A DNA stretch of 64,000 bases from the human T2T-CHM13v2.0 reference genome, Homo sapiens. A program made the position numbers and the translations under genes. This document shows, in pieces, positions 16,722 through 36,439 of the stretch (its first letter is position 1; each line of letters begins with the position of its first letter). The stretch is taken from assembly GCF_009914755.1 (NCBI RefSeq), contig NC_060944.1. The stretch is one strand, 5' to 3'. The notes under the pieces are model-generated. The model had not been told where the DNA came from and did not search any database. It saw only the letters and a program-made list of their open reading frames with translations.

Positions 16722-17579
16722 TTAATTCTATATGGAGAAGACCAAGGAATTGCTGATTTCTGAAGCAATTTAAGTGCCTCAAATATGAGCCTTTAAACCA
16801 ATTTTAAATTGGCTGCAGTTTTTTGGGTATATTGCTTTCCAACTTCTTGAATCCATCATAAGATCCAAATGTCTGGAGCAAGAAAGGTTCACATGGTAAG
16901 GTCAAAAGGTCTTCCTTGACCCATTTCTTCCTTTATGAAATGAGAATTTAACACTATAGGACGGCCTGGTGTGGTAGCTCATGCCTGTAATCCTAATGCT
17001 TTGGGAGGCTGACGGGGGAGGATTGCTGGAGACCAGGAATGTGAGACCAGTTGGGCAACATAGCAAGACCCCATCTCTAAAAAATAAAAATAAAAAATTA
17101 GCCAGCCATGGTGGCTTACGCCTGTAATCCTAGTTACTTGGAAGGCTGAGGTAGGAAAATTGCATGAACCTGGGAGGCAGAGGTTGCAGTGAGCCAAGAT
17201 TTCACTGCTGCACTCCAGCCTGAGTGATAGAGCAAGACTCTGTCTCAAAAATAAATAATAAATAAATAAATAAGGGCCAGGCATGGTGGCTCACACCTGT
17301 AATCCTAGCACTTTGGGAGGCCCTAGCAGGTGGATTGCTTGTGCCCAGAAGTTTGAGGCCAGCCTGGGCAATGTGGCAAAACTCTGTCCCTACAAAAATA
17401 CAAAAATCAGCCAGACCTGATGGCATGTCCCAGTGGTTTAAGCTACCTGGGAGGCTGAGGTGGCAGGATTGCTTGAGCCTGAGAGGTTGCGGCTACAGTG
17501 AGCTCTGATCACACCACTGCACTACAACCCAGGCAACAGAGGGGAGACCTTGTCTCCAAAAGAAAGAAAAAAAAAAATT

Positions 17580-17792
17580 CAAAAGCCATCTCAAAAGTCT
17601 AGTCTTAGGTTCTACAACAGTGATGTTAATTACAGGAGTAATTGGAGAAGTCGCAAATCTTGTGATTTCCAGAATAAAGATTTGTAATACATCTGCATCT
17701 TAGTCAAATTTTAACCCCTTCCATCCTCCTAACCTGTGGCCTTTCATTAGTTTTACAAAGGCAGTTTAGTTTTGGGAAAGGCTGTTACCATT
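17580..17792 (-). mobile_element. ERV1 (MER4-group) LTR fragment
   Basis: gtcttaggttctacaacagtgatgtta...ttagttttacaaaggcagtttagttttgggaaaggctgtta resembles the LTR8-like segment at 23600-23780. Confidence 0.55.
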
Positions 17793-17922
17793 TTTTAATT
17801 TTTCAAATCTTTTTCTTTTTCAGGGTGGGTGAGGGGGCCAGACCCTGCCTCAAAGAAAAAAAAAAGAAAAGAAATGAAAAAATCTTTTTCTTTTTTATTT
17901 CTTTTCTTTGTTTGTTTTTTGA

Positions 17923-18138
<216 letters not shown>

Positions 18139-18146
18139 TGAGGTGA

Positions 18147-18392
<246 letters not shown>

Positions 18393-19142
18393 TAGTAGAG
18401 GTGGGGTTTCACCATGTTGGTCAGGCTGGCCTCGAACTCCTGACCTTAGGTGATCCGCCTACCTCTGCCTCCCAAAGTGCTGGGGTTACAGGCGTGAGCC
18501 ACCACTCTTGGCCGGCTTTTCTTTTTCATTAAGAAACATATTACTGCTTTTTTCTCCCCCACCTTTTTTGAGATGGAGTCTTACTCTGTCACCCAGGCTG
18601 GAGTGAAGTGGCGTGATCTCGGCTCACTGCAACCTCTGCCTCCTAGGTCCAAGCGATTCTCCTGCCTTAGCCCCTGAAGTAGCTGGGATTACAGGCATGC
18701 ACCACCATGCCCAGCTAATTTTGTATTTTCAGTAGAGACGGAATTTCGCCATGTTGGCCGGGCTGATTTTGAACCTGTGACCTCAGGTGATCCACCTGCC
18801 TTGGCCCCCCAAAGTGCTGGGATTACAGGCATGAGCCACCGCCCCCGGCCCAATGAAGCTTTAAAGAAAAATTACCACCTTTAACACAATGTAACATAAT
18901 TGCAGCCTTTTTTTGTTGTTGTTTTTTGTTTTTTGTTTTTTGAGACAGAGTCTCGCTCTGTCGCCCAGGCTGGAGTGCAGTGGTGTGATCTCGGCTCAAT
19001 GCAAGCTCTGCCTCCCGGGTTCACGCCATTCTTCTCCCTCAGCCTCCCAATTGCAGCTCTTTAAGGCATGTGTAATATAGACTCTTTAGAAATCAAAACC
19101 TTATAAAACTGCCAGGCATGGTGACTCACACCTGTAATCTCA

Positions 19143-19424
<282 letters not shown>

Positions 19425-20679
19425 CTAAGAAGCCAAAGTTACTTCAGAAAACATTGAACTGAGCCATTTTGTTTCCTCCCTGGTCCATTTATTATGATGA
19501 TGAAAAATAATGTTATTATGATTAATTTTTTGTATCTTTCCAAATGCCTCTCAGTCTTGTGCATTCGGCATTAAAATGGATTCCCCAAGGGAATTCTTTC
19601 TACTGCTTAAATGTTTCAGCAATTCACTGGCTATCATTTTATCATTTTAGTGAAAATATTGATGACTGTCCACAGAATGAGCTGCTGTTTGCAGGGTATA
19701 TCCTTACTGTGAACAAAAGAGCTTTAACAGCGCGGTTACCACACACCAGGCTCAAAAACCCAGCTGCCAACTCCAGGCTGGAAGCCAGCCAAAGTGAGCT
19801 AGGACTGGAGTCAGGAAGACAGGGGTTCTTGGCAATGACACCCAATTAATTATGTGCATGATTTAGATGGGGGAAGATTAGAGGCCATGCTTTTGCTCTC
19901 TGTTCTACTCCTGACTTGCTGGCTCATACCCTACCTTTGTTATTTACTTATAACATGAAAACGAGAGTGACGACTAACACTTCCTTGCCTTTATCTGTTA
20001 TATCTCTATTTTGCTTTCCTATAAGCAGGCTTTCAAGGCAAGGAGGTCTTTTTTATTTTATTTTATTTTATTTATTTATTCATTTATTTTTTGAGATAGA
20101 GTTTCGCTCTTGTTGCCCATGCTGGAGTGCAGTGGCACAATCTCAGCTCACCACAACCTCCACCTCCAGATTCAAGCAATTCTCCTGCCTCAGCCTCCCG
20201 AGTAGCTGGGATTACAGGCATGCACCACCACACCTGGCTAATTTTGTATTTTTAGTAGAGACGAGGTTTCTCCATATTGGCCAGGCCGGTCTCGAACTCC
20301 TGACCTCAAGTGATCTGCCTGCCTCGGCCTCCCAAAGTGCTGGGATTACAGGCATGAGTTACTGCACCTGGCCCTGGCGAGGACTATGTCTTATTGATCA
20401 TACCAGTTGTTATGTGCACAGTTGCTGGCACATAACAGTGCAAATATACTCACAGACAGCACTGAAAATTTCAGGAAAAAGTACTAGGTTTGTCAACCCT
20501 CGATGTCAATATTTTATTTATTAATCATATAACAATGCTGGGCTTAGCCACTGGAGAGGTTTTTTTTAAAAATGTATTGACTTTGGGCCAGGAGTGGTGG
20601 CTCACGCCTGTAATCCCAGCACTTTGGGAGGCCGAGGCGGGCGGATCACGAGGTCAGGAGATCGAGACCATCCTGGCTA

Positions 20680-21007
<328 letters not shown>

Positions 21008-21301
21008 TCAGGGTAAAGAACAAACTCCTGATTATCTCAATCCTGTTGGGTAAAGGGAACTTTATCCTCTTTCATGAAAATAGTTGGGCATCCTGGCTAT
21101 GTCCCTTGCTATATTTTCCTGCTAAAAGAGCAAATTAAATCCAAACCCAATGTGCATGGAGAGAAGGTGGAAATCATCCAAACCACTTGGAATTAACCAA
21201 TGCTATCATACAATCAATTAATATGACTAGATATAAACAGGCTAAGAGATCAAAAATGAAATAATAAAAATATTTTCCTAAAGAAAAAGGAAGACAGACT
21301 A

Positions 21302-21656
<355 letters not shown>

Positions 21657-21969
21657 TTAGCATTCTAAGACTTTTTTTTTTTTTTTTGAAATGGGGTATT
21701 GCTCTGTCACCCAGTAGCAGGGACTCCAGGGGCATGCCACCATGCCTGGCCAATTTTTGTATTTTTTTGTAGAGATGGGGTTTCGCTATATTACCCAGGC
21801 TGATCTTGAACTCCCGAGCTCAATGAATGCACCTACCTTGGCCTCCCAAAGTGCTGGGATTACAGGTGTGGGATTACCCTAGCTGGTACTTTTTAAAATC
21901 AGAATAAATGGTCTTTACTTATTTAATACAAACATTATACCTATAACTCATGACTGGAAAACTGAATTA

Positions 21970-22281
<312 letters not shown>

Positions 22282-22333
22282 TTATAGTGTGTGCAGTCAA
22301 CCAATGCCCATCAGAAATGAAAACTATCTCCTA

Positions 22334-22501
<168 letters not shown>

Positions 22502-22773
22502 TTAATAGGGATTAATAAATTCTAATATTAGTTGAGGCTGAGCCCTGGTGGCTTACACTTGTAATCCCAGCACTTTGGGAGGCCGAGGCAGGTGGATCAC
22601 TTGAGGTCGGGAGTTTGAGACCAGCCTGGCCAATATGATTGAGTTGTATGTTTTACCTCATGGCATGAGTAAAACATACTCATCTTTTAGTAGAGATGGC
22701 GAAACCCCATCTTTACTAAAAATACAAAAACTAGCCGGGCGTGGTGGTGAGTGCCTGTAATCCCAGCTACTCA

Positions 22774-22881
<108 letters not shown>

Positions 22882-22922
22882 TCAATCAATCAATCAATAA
22901 TATTAGTTGATTTTAGAGAATT

Positions 22923-23911
22923 TGTAACCACCCAGTGGGTTCACCTTGCCTGCTATCTAGATAGAGCTGATTTCTCAAGACAGGGGAATTGCAATAGAGA
23001 CAGTAATTAACACAGAGCTGGTACAGGAGACTGGAGTTTTATTATTACTCAAATCAGTCTTCCCGAGCATTTGGGGATCAGAGGTTTTTCTTTTTTTTTT
23101 GTGAGAGAGTCTTGCTTGTTGCCCAGGCTGGAATCCAGTGGCTCAATGCTCAATCTCGGCTCACTGCAACCTCCGCCTCCCAGGTTGAAGCAATCCTCCT
23201 GCCTCAGCCTCCCAACTAGCGGGGATTACAGGCACACACCACCAGACCCGGCTAATTTTTGTATTTTTAGTAGAGATGGGATTTTACCATGTTGGCCAGG
23301 CTGGTCTTGAACTCCTGACCTCAGATGATTTGCCCACCTCGGCTTCCCAAAGTGCTGGGATTACAGGTGTGAGCCACTACGCCTGGCCAGGGGATCAGAG
23401 TTTTTAAGGACAACTTAGTGGGTGGGAGGAAGCTGGTAAGCCGAGAATGTGGATGGGCCATGTCAGAGATGAAATTATAGGGAGTTGAAGCTGTCTTCTT
23501 GCACTGAGTCAGTTCCTGAGTGGGGCCACAAGGTCAGATGAACCAGGTTATCTTTCTGGGTGTTGCCAGCTGATCCATCAAGGGCAGAGTTTGCAAAATA
23601 TCTCAAGCACTAATCTTAGGAGCAGTTTAGGGTGGGTCAGCATCTTGTAGCCTCCAGCTGCATGACTCCTAAACCATGATTTCTAATCTTGTGGCTAATT
23701 TGTTAATCCTACAAAGGCAGTCTAGTCCCCAGGCAAGAAGGAGGGTTTTTTTGGGAAAGGACTGTTATTGTCTTTGTTTTAAACTATAAACTAAGTTTCT
23801 CCCAAAGTTAGTTCAGCCTATGCCCAAGAATGAACAAGGACAGCTTGGAAGTTAGAAGCAAGATGGAGTTGGTTAGGTCAGCTCAGTTATAATTTTGCAA
23901 TGGTGGCTTCA
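22923..23911 (-). mobile_element. LTR8-like solo LTR (ERV1), interrupted by an Alu (~23090-23389)
   Basis: tgtaaccacccagtgggttcaccttgcctgc...gcaatggtggcttca resembles the LTR8 reverse complement. The Alu has TSD gggatcagag(g/t)tttt. Confidence 0.8.
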
Positions 23912-24163
23912 ACATTTTTCTGGGTTTGGGGAGAGAAGTTCCAGGCAGGGAATTGACCACAGAAGGGTTCTATAGAAAAATGGCCTCAGGTGGCGGGGCG
24001 CGGTGGCTCACGCCTGTAATCCCAACTCTTTAGGAGGCCAAGGCGGGTGGGTCACCTGAGGTCAGCAGTTCGAGACCAGCCTGGCCAACATGGTGAAACC
24101 CCATCTCTACTAAAAATACAAAAAGTAGCCGGGCGTGGTGGCAGGCACCTGTAATCCCAGCTA

Positions 24164-24534
<371 letters not shown>

Positions 24535-24909
24535 TCACGTCACCATACTCCAAGACACTGAGACAGTATGACCCTGTCTCAAAAAAAAAAAAAAAAAAAA
24601 AAAGGAAAATAAAAGAAAATGGTATCACTGTCTAATAAAGTATCAAAACATCATTAAAATCAGTGATTATGTCCTTAGGTCCCAGATCAAACTCCAGAGA
24701 AGCCATTTTCAAATCACCAATTCATGATTCAAATTATAGAATTATAACCAAAGTGAGGACCCATAGTATAAGGCAAACAGCCAAAATTCTTTCCCTAGAA
24801 GATCAAAACATCTTTTGAAAATTTTTAAGGAACTCAGAGCTCTAAGATTCCCGTGTTACCCAAAAATCTCTTTTTGTCTTCAAAATAATGCTGATCTGTA
24901 GTATGCCAG

Positions 24910-25744
24910 TGATAGGGACAGGAGTCAGAGAAATTGTAGGCAGAAAAGGGCAGAGTCCCTGGTAAAGCCCTACCCTCAAGCCTGGAACCTTCGCCCAAAA
25001 TGAGAACATGCATTCCTGTTTTCCCACTTGAAAGTTGCCTTTTCCAAAACCACCCATGACCCACCCTGCCACTCATCCTGTACCCATGGAAACCCCTGAC
25101 CTGACTGGCAGAGGGCAGAGAAGGGGAGAAGAGAAGCAGCTGGACATCAGAGAGTGCAGTTTGATGTCAGAGAGAAGCAGCTTGACTTCAGAGGGATGGC
25201 TTGACAACCTTGCTTCCGTCCCCAGCTGGACTCCAGGGGAAGATCACCTTCCCACTCCATCCCCCTTCTGGCTCCCCTTCCTGCTGAGAGCCACTTTCAT
25301 CAGCAATAAAATCCTCTGTATTCACCACTCTTCAGTTCATTTGTGTGACCTGATTTTTCCTGGATGCTAATCAAGAGCTCGAGTGCCACGGGTGCGGATG
25401 CTAAAGGCTGTCACACTGACCTTCTGCCCTCGCTGGCAGAGAGCAACCACCTCACGAAAAAAGAGAGGGCCCACTGAGCTGTTTAACATAGATGGCAAAG
25501 CTAAAAGAGCACTATAACACACACCCTCTGGGGCCTTGGGGGTCGTGGGTACTCCCCGCTAGACACTGCCAGGGGCCCACATGGAATTTTGCTCCTGTTG
25601 TCACCCAAAAGCACTCACTCTGGCACCTGCACCTGCTCACCTGCATCCTCCCCCTTCTGTGAGGGGTTGAGAGCTGTGAGCTGAGTAAGCGAGGCATCCC
25701 TGTCATGAGGCCCATGATGGGATCAAGGAAAATTTCCTGTTTCA
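24910..25744 (+). mobile_element. Complete solo LTR, MER50-like (ERV1)
   Basis: Begins TGATAGGGACAGGAG and ends TTTCCTGTTTCA (TG...CA), with a 4-bp TSD CCAG at 24906-24909 and 25745-25748 and an internal AATAAA. Confidence 0.85.
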
Positions 25745-27180
25745 CCAGGTTCAGCCAAACCAAGATGCCCACATCTCTTTATATAGTATGCAGTTTTCTT
25801 TTCATCTCTGTTTTTTTTTTATGATGTCTCTTTTCATCTCTCTTTTTAAATACTATTGGTGCATGTTCTCTGTGTTCTGTATACCAAAGTCATATCATAA
25901 ACTATATTATGAATCTATAGTTTCAGAAGGCTTCCCTTTGCTTGCTTCAAGTAATTCTCTACCTTTTGGCCTCAGTGCAATATGAGGAAGAGGAGGAGGC
26001 AGATGTGATGAACACGAAGCCCTGTTGCACCTCTGCAGAAGAGGCCCCACAGTCATTTTCAACACAAGGCTCCAAGGAGAACCCACTAGCACAGTAGGCT
26101 GGAAAGAAACATATTTGCTCCCCTGTCTAGCTGTGAATGTGTTCAACTCAGTTCTGTCTTCCTGTCTCTCTTACAACACTCATGAGAAATATCGTTTACA
26201 GACACCACTGTGTACCCATGGGTGTCTCATCCAACTGTTATTAAATGCCCTGGGGCCTTGGCTGCATCTCCTTTCTTGGTACTCCCACCCCAGACAGAAT
26301 ATCATAACATCCATGAGTGGCAATGACATTATTATTCCTGCTCTAATTTATTTTTTAAAATAATTTGCATGCATCAGTATACAACCCAATCTCGCTTACT
26401 TGCTTGCTTTTCTTTTCTTTTTCTTTTTTCTTTTTTTGAGTCATTCTTGCTCTGTCGCCCAGGCTAGAGTACAGTGGTGCCATCTGGCTCACTGCAGCCT
26501 CCTCTGCCCGGGTTCAAGCAATTCTCGTGCCTTGGCCACCAAAGTAGCTGGGACTACACATATGCACCACAACTCCTGCCTAACTTTTGTATTTTTTCTA
26601 GTAGAGATGTGGTTTCGCCATGTTGGTCAGGCTGGTCTTGAACTCCTGACCTGAAGTGATCTGCCCGGCTTGGCCTCCCAAAGTGCTGGGATTACAGGCC
26701 TGAGCTACCCTGCCCTGCCTCTAAACTTTTATTATAATCCAAACAGAATTGCATTCAACAATTGCTCAAGGCCGGGTGTGGTGGCTCACACCTGTAATTC
26801 CAACACTCTGGGAGCCTGAGGTGGAAGGATTGCCTGAGGCCAGGAGTTCAAGACTAGCCTGGACAAAATAGAGAGACTCCATGTGTCCCAAAAAAAAAAA
26901 AAAAAAAAAAATAGGCCTATAATCTCAGCACTTTGGGATGCCAAGGTGGGTGGATCACCTGAGGTCAGGAGTTCAAGACCAGCCTGGCCAACATGGCGAA
27001 ATCCCGTCACTACTAAAATTACAAAAGTAGCTGGGTATGGTGGTGCATGCCTGTAGTCCCAGCTACTGGGGAGGCTGAGGCAGGAGAATCACTTGAACCC
27101 AGAAGGGGGAGGTTTCAGGGAGCCAAGGTCATGCCACTGCACTCCAGCCTGGGTGACAAAGCAAGGCTCCCTCCGTCTCA

Positions 27181-27423
<243 letters not shown>

Positions 27424-27566
27424 TCATAAGTCATAATTAAGCCAGAACTGAATTCTCCATCAAGACTGTTGGCAGTTAATGGCATTTTAAATTTTCTTCT
27501 TTTGGTATATTGGCATTTTCTAATTTTCTATCATGAACACTTGTTACCATTTCAAGTAGAGAATAA

Positions 27567-28028
<462 letters not shown>

Positions 28029-28708
28029 TAACGTACCTAGTTCAGCTTGGCTGTGCGGCTTTATACAAACCACTAATTCTCTTAGGCCCTTAGTTTTATG
28101 GCCTATAAAACTGAGATAGTATCTCCCTCATTAAATGTAAGGATTAAAAAAGAATGCCAACTGTGAAGGAGTTCTTATGTGAGATACCTGGCCTACGGAA
28201 AACAATACTCTTCCTTTATGTTCTCTGCAGATGTCGAGTACTACTATTAAAACAGACTCCTTAGCAATACAGTTCGGAAGATAGCTCAAATGCTTGGTAC
28301 ACGTATCTCCTCTCAACTTCAAGTTCACTGTCCTCAGCCTGGGGACTTGAAATTGGCCATCATGGGAATCAGAAGCCAGCAGAAAACACCATTCATCAGG
28401 GCTATCCTCCTTGGAGAGCCGGTTGTTCGATATTTACCTGCATGTACAATTCCTAAATTGAAAGATGATTGATGAACTTACTAATGTGGCTCTAATTCAG
28501 GCTTCATTTATTTATTTAGGTAGAATGCTTCAGAACTGGGCTCTGCATGTCATGAGGGCTATCTTCCCAACTGTAACATGAAGGAATTCCAAGAATGGCA
28601 AAAAAAAAAAAAAAAAAAGTCTCCCAAAGATTTTTCCCATTTCAGCTGTTTCAATCTGATTAGGGAAACACAATACACTATACATAACATCTTTGAGTGT
28701 TGATGTGA

Positions 28709-29017
<309 letters not shown>

Positions 29018-29430
29018 TGATCCGCCAGCCTTGGCCTCCCAAAGTGCTGAGATTACAGGTGTAAGCCACCACTCTCAGCCATGATAGCCCAATTTGTTTG
29101 GCATACCTGCATCTTGGAGTAACTATTTTACTAACCAGACAGTGTTTCTTCTCCTAAGGGACCATATCTTGTACAAATGCTTGGCATAGAGAAATTATGA
29201 TATTTTATTAAGGCCAGGTGAAGTGGCTTATGCCTGTAATGCCAGCACTTTGGGTAGCCAAGGAGGGCAGATCATTGGAGCCCAGGAGTGTGAGACCAGC
29301 CTGTGGAACATGGTGAAACCCTGTCTCTACCAACAATTTAAAAACAAAAAAATTAACCAGGTATGCTGGTGCGTGCCTGTAATCCCAGCTACTCGGGAGG
29401 CTGAGGTGGGAGGATCACTGGAGCCCAGGA

Positions 29431-29597
29431 TATAACCACTCAACAGGTTCACCTTGCCAGCTGCCTAGACAGAGCCAATTTATCAAGACAGGAGAATTGC
29501 AACAGAGAAAGAGTAATTCACACAGAGCTGGCCACTGTTGTATTATTCAAATGAGTCTCTCTGAGCATTTGGGGATCAGTTTTTAAACATAATTTGG
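29431..29597 (-). mobile_element. Second LTR8-like terminal fragment
   Basis: Homologous to 22923-23088 (ggttcaccttgcc...gagcatttggggatcag). Confidence 0.75.
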
Positions 29598-29819
29598 CCC
29601 AGGTGTGGTGGCGTACACCTATAATTCCAGCACTTTGGGAGGCTGAGGTGGGCAGATTCCTTGAGGTCAGGAGTTCTACACCAGCATGAACAAGATGGTG
29701 AAACCCCATCTCTACATTTCAACAACATGGTGAAACCCCATCTCTATAAAATACAAAAAATTAGCTGGGTATGGTGGAGTACACCTGTAGTCCCAGCTAG
29801 CCACTGCACCTGGCCAACC

Positions 29820-30885
<1,066 letters not shown>

Positions 30886-31987
30886 ATACTGAGAAGGTTG
30901 TTCTCAGAAAATGCTAGATATTTGGCGCAGGAGGTTGTAACTAATCAGGCCAAGTTCAAGAGGATCAATCAAGGGACAGAGGGGCAGAACAGATGTGTAG
31001 AGGGAAGCAGAGAGAGAACATCCCAGAAAGTTGAAGACTGTGGTCTCCACGACATCCCTTGTGTCAACTCACCATTCCATTCTTTATTTTTATTCACCTG
31101 AGTAACTTTTTCTTCTCTCTTTTTTTTTTTTTTTTTTTTGACAGAGGGTCTTGTTTTATCACCCAGGCTGGAGTGCAGTGGTGTGATCATGGCTCACTGC
31201 AGCCTTGACCTTCTGGGCTCAAGCAATCTTCTGGTCTCAGCCCCCCAAGTAGCAGAGACTACAGGCTTTTGTCAGAGATGGAGTTTTGCCACGTTACTCA
31301 GGCTGGTCTGGAACTCCTGAGCTCAAGCAATCCTCCCACCTCTGCCTCCCAATGTGCTGGGATTACAGGCGTGAGCCCAGCCTGGCTTTCTCTTTCTATA
31401 CTCTAAAATCATTAGAACCCTGAGCAGAAGAGTAATTTTCCCAAAGTCAGTGTGGAACGGGTCATGATTTCTGAAAACAAGCTCACCAGCCAGAAGAAAA
31501 CTGATAAATACAAAGGAAACGTGATAGGTTCTTCCTAAAGCAAAATTTGGCCGGGCGCAGTGGCTCACACCTGTAATCCCAGCACTTTGGGAGGATGAGG
31601 TGGATGGATCACGAGGTCAGGAGTTCAAGACCAGCCTGGCCAAGATGGTGAAACTTCATCTCTACTAAAAATACAAAAAATTAGCTGGGTGTGGTGGCAC
31701 ACACCTGTAATCCCAGCTATTCAGGAGGCCGAAGCAGAGAATTCCTTAAACCCCGAAGGCGGAGGTTGCAGTGAGCCGAGATCGCGCCACTGCCCTCCAG
31801 CCTGGGTGACAGAGCAAGATTCTGTCTCAAAAAAAAAAAAAAAATGCAAAATTTATCCCATAAAAAGGTATCCTTCTATAAATGTCTTTTGTTTCTACTT
31901 TTTTTTTTCTTTTTTTTTTAGACAGGTCTCACTCTCGTTGCCCAGGTTGGAGTGCAATGGTGTGATCCTCCCACTTCAGCCTCCTGA

Positions 31988-32497
<510 letters not shown>

Positions 32498-32849
32498 TCA
32501 AAAACAAAAACAAAAAATCCCGGAAGTGACAGGAGTGTGTTTTGTTTTACAGTGTTCCCTGTGGCAAAATTAAAACTGGCAATCCTATGTCTAGACCTAG
32601 AATTTTTAAAAATTTACTTTCTTGGATCGAAAATGATCTAAAGCAGGCTGAAACCAGTGTTCTGCCTGCAGAACACCTGCAAACTTTGCTGAGTAGGAGA
32701 TCTCTCCTGGATCCCACCTCTGCTTCTTTTCCCCCAGATATCTCCTGTCATATTTGTTTTTTACCAGGCTGAGTGTTCCTAAAGGCTTCCCTTGCATTGA
32801 CTATGGAGCTCACAGCAATTTTTTTGTTGCTTGGAAATGGCTACTCCTC

Positions 32850-33411
32850 TGTAAGGGTGTGTTTCAGGAAAAACTCTCCCAAACTGTGCTTTTCCACTGT
32901 GCTCACACCACCACAACGATCGTCAACACAGAAGAACACTTCTGTGGCCAAATATGTGGGAGTTTTTCCCCATACACCAAGCAGCCGACACCAGGTGGGG
33001 GCCCTACAATTTCATTCTGACATTATCTACTTGGAGATAGCATCAGATCCCATGGGTTGAGGTCTCAGTCCCCAACACTGCCTCCCTTGCAGAAGACATC
33101 AGTTGCAAGTCTCTGCCACTGGAATTTCGGACCTACCAACAACAAGTTGAAGTCTCCACGACCCCCAATTTGGGTTCCTTTAATTTGCTAGAGAGGCTCA
33201 CAGGACCCAGGGAAACAGCGATGTTTACCAGTTTATTATTATAAAGGATACAGATGAAGGGATGCACAGATATGAAGAAAGGGGTGCGGAGCTTCCATGC
33301 CCTCCCTGGGTGCACCACCCTCTAGAAATCTCCACACGTTCAGCCATCCCGAAGCTCTCCAAACCAATCCTCTGTGTTTCTATGAAAGCTTCATGGCCTC
33401 AGCATTCCTTC
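32850..33411 (-). mobile_element. MER21-like LTR, host of the MER41 (continues briefly at ~34487-34540)
   Basis: caacacagaagaacacttctgtggccaaatatgtggg...gatagcatcagatcccatgggttgagg...tttaccagtttattattataaaggata. Confidence 0.7.
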
Positions 33412-34486
<1,075 letters not shown>

Positions 34487-35109
34487 CTCGAGTGTATAGG
34501 GCAGGACTGACCCTGGGGAGGGTCCTAAGGCCCACTGCACCCGGCCTCCATGGGTTTTAAAAGCTTCCAGCACTCTAGGCTGGGCACAGTGGCGAGCACC
34601 TGTAGTCTCAGCTATTCCGGAGGCGGAGGCACAAGAATGGCTGAACCCAGGAGGCGGAGGTTGCAGTGAGTCGAGATAGCAGCACTACATTCCAGCCTGG
34701 GCCACATAGCAAGACTCATCTCAAGAAAAAAACAAACAAAAAAAAAAACAAAAAAAAACCCTCCAGCATTCTAAGAAAAATGTTAACAATAAAGATAATG
34801 TGGGGCTTTACTTTGGGAGGCTGAGTTGAGAGGATTACTTGAAATCAGGAATTCAAGACCAGCTGGGCAACAAAATGAAACCCCATGTCAACAACAACAA
34901 TCAAAAATCAAAAAATTAGCCAGGCCTGATGGCACATGCCTGTGGTCCCAGCTACATGGGAGGTTGAGGCAGGAGAATTGCTGGAGCCTGGGAGATCGAG
35001 ACTGCACTGAGCCGTGATAGTGCCACTGTGCTCCAGCCTGGGTGACAGAGCAAGACTCTGTCTTAAACAAACAAATGAAGAAGATGTGGATGTTCCTGCA
35101 GGGGCCAAG

Positions 35110-35460
35110 GCCCTCGGCCCCCTGGAGATTTGAAAACCACTGACAGGCAGATTAATTGGAGAAAGGCATACAAATTTATTTGACATGTATACACGGGAGC
35201 CTTCAGAATGAAAACTCAAAGATACAGGAAAAAATGTCGATTTTTATGCTTGGGTTCAACAAAGTATGGACAGCCAGGTAACTGGAAAAAAAGGGCAAGA
35301 TCTAATGTTAATAGACTGAATGAGGAGCCCAGCAAGGCCTGTCTGTCTAGATTCCTGGCCTCTCCGAGTAGCACTACTTCCTTCTGGGTGTGGGGCAAGA
35401 CCCTCTCTGGAATAGGGGTCTTATGGCCTACAGTCAAACAAGGTAGGCCAGATAATTAGA
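35110..35460 (-). mobile_element. MER34/MER39-like ERV1 LTR fragment
   Basis: gcagattaattggagaaaggcatacaaatttatt...ggggcaagaccctctctggaataggggtcttatggcctacagtcaaacaaggtagg. Confidence 0.55.
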
Positions 35461-35506
35461 ATTTTTTCTTTTCTTTCTTTCTTTTTTTTTTTTTTTTTTT
35501 TTTTGA

Positions 35507-35671
<165 letters not shown>

Positions 35672-36110
35672 TAAGTAGCTAGGATTACAGGTGCCCATCA
35701 CCACGCCCAGCTAATTTTTGTATTTTTAGTAGAGACGGGGTTTCATCTTGTTGGCCAGGATGGTCTCGATCTCCTGACCTCATGATCCGCCTGCCTCGGC
35801 CTTCCAAATTGCTGGGATTACAGGCATGAGCCACCGTGCCTGGCCAACATGTCTGGCAACTTTTTAAATTGTGTTCACTGCAACTTCCATCTTCTGAGTT
35901 CAAGCAATTTTCTTGCTTCAGCCTTCTAAGTATCTAGGACTACAGGTGTGCATCACCATGCCTGGCTAATTTTTATATTTTAGTGAAGACAGAGTTTCGC
36001 CATGTTGGCCAGGCTAGTCTCGAACTCCTGACTTCAAGTGATCTGCTTGCCTTGGCCTCCCAAAGTGCTGTGATTACAGGCTTGAGCCACTGTGCCTGGC
36101 CAACTTTTAA

Positions 36111-36245
<135 letters not shown>

Positions 36246-36439
36246 TAAATGCCCATTTATCATGCCTAGGGTGTTTGATGTCACTTCATGTGCCATGGTA
36301 AAATGAAAATCTTGCATAAGCACTACTGTTTATTACCTCTCCTCCTGAACCTGAGAAGCTGAGCTGGAGGAGGTCATACAGCCAGACAAATGGTTCCGTT
36401 ACAAAACAAGGATTCCTAGTGTTTCCCTGATTAATTCCT

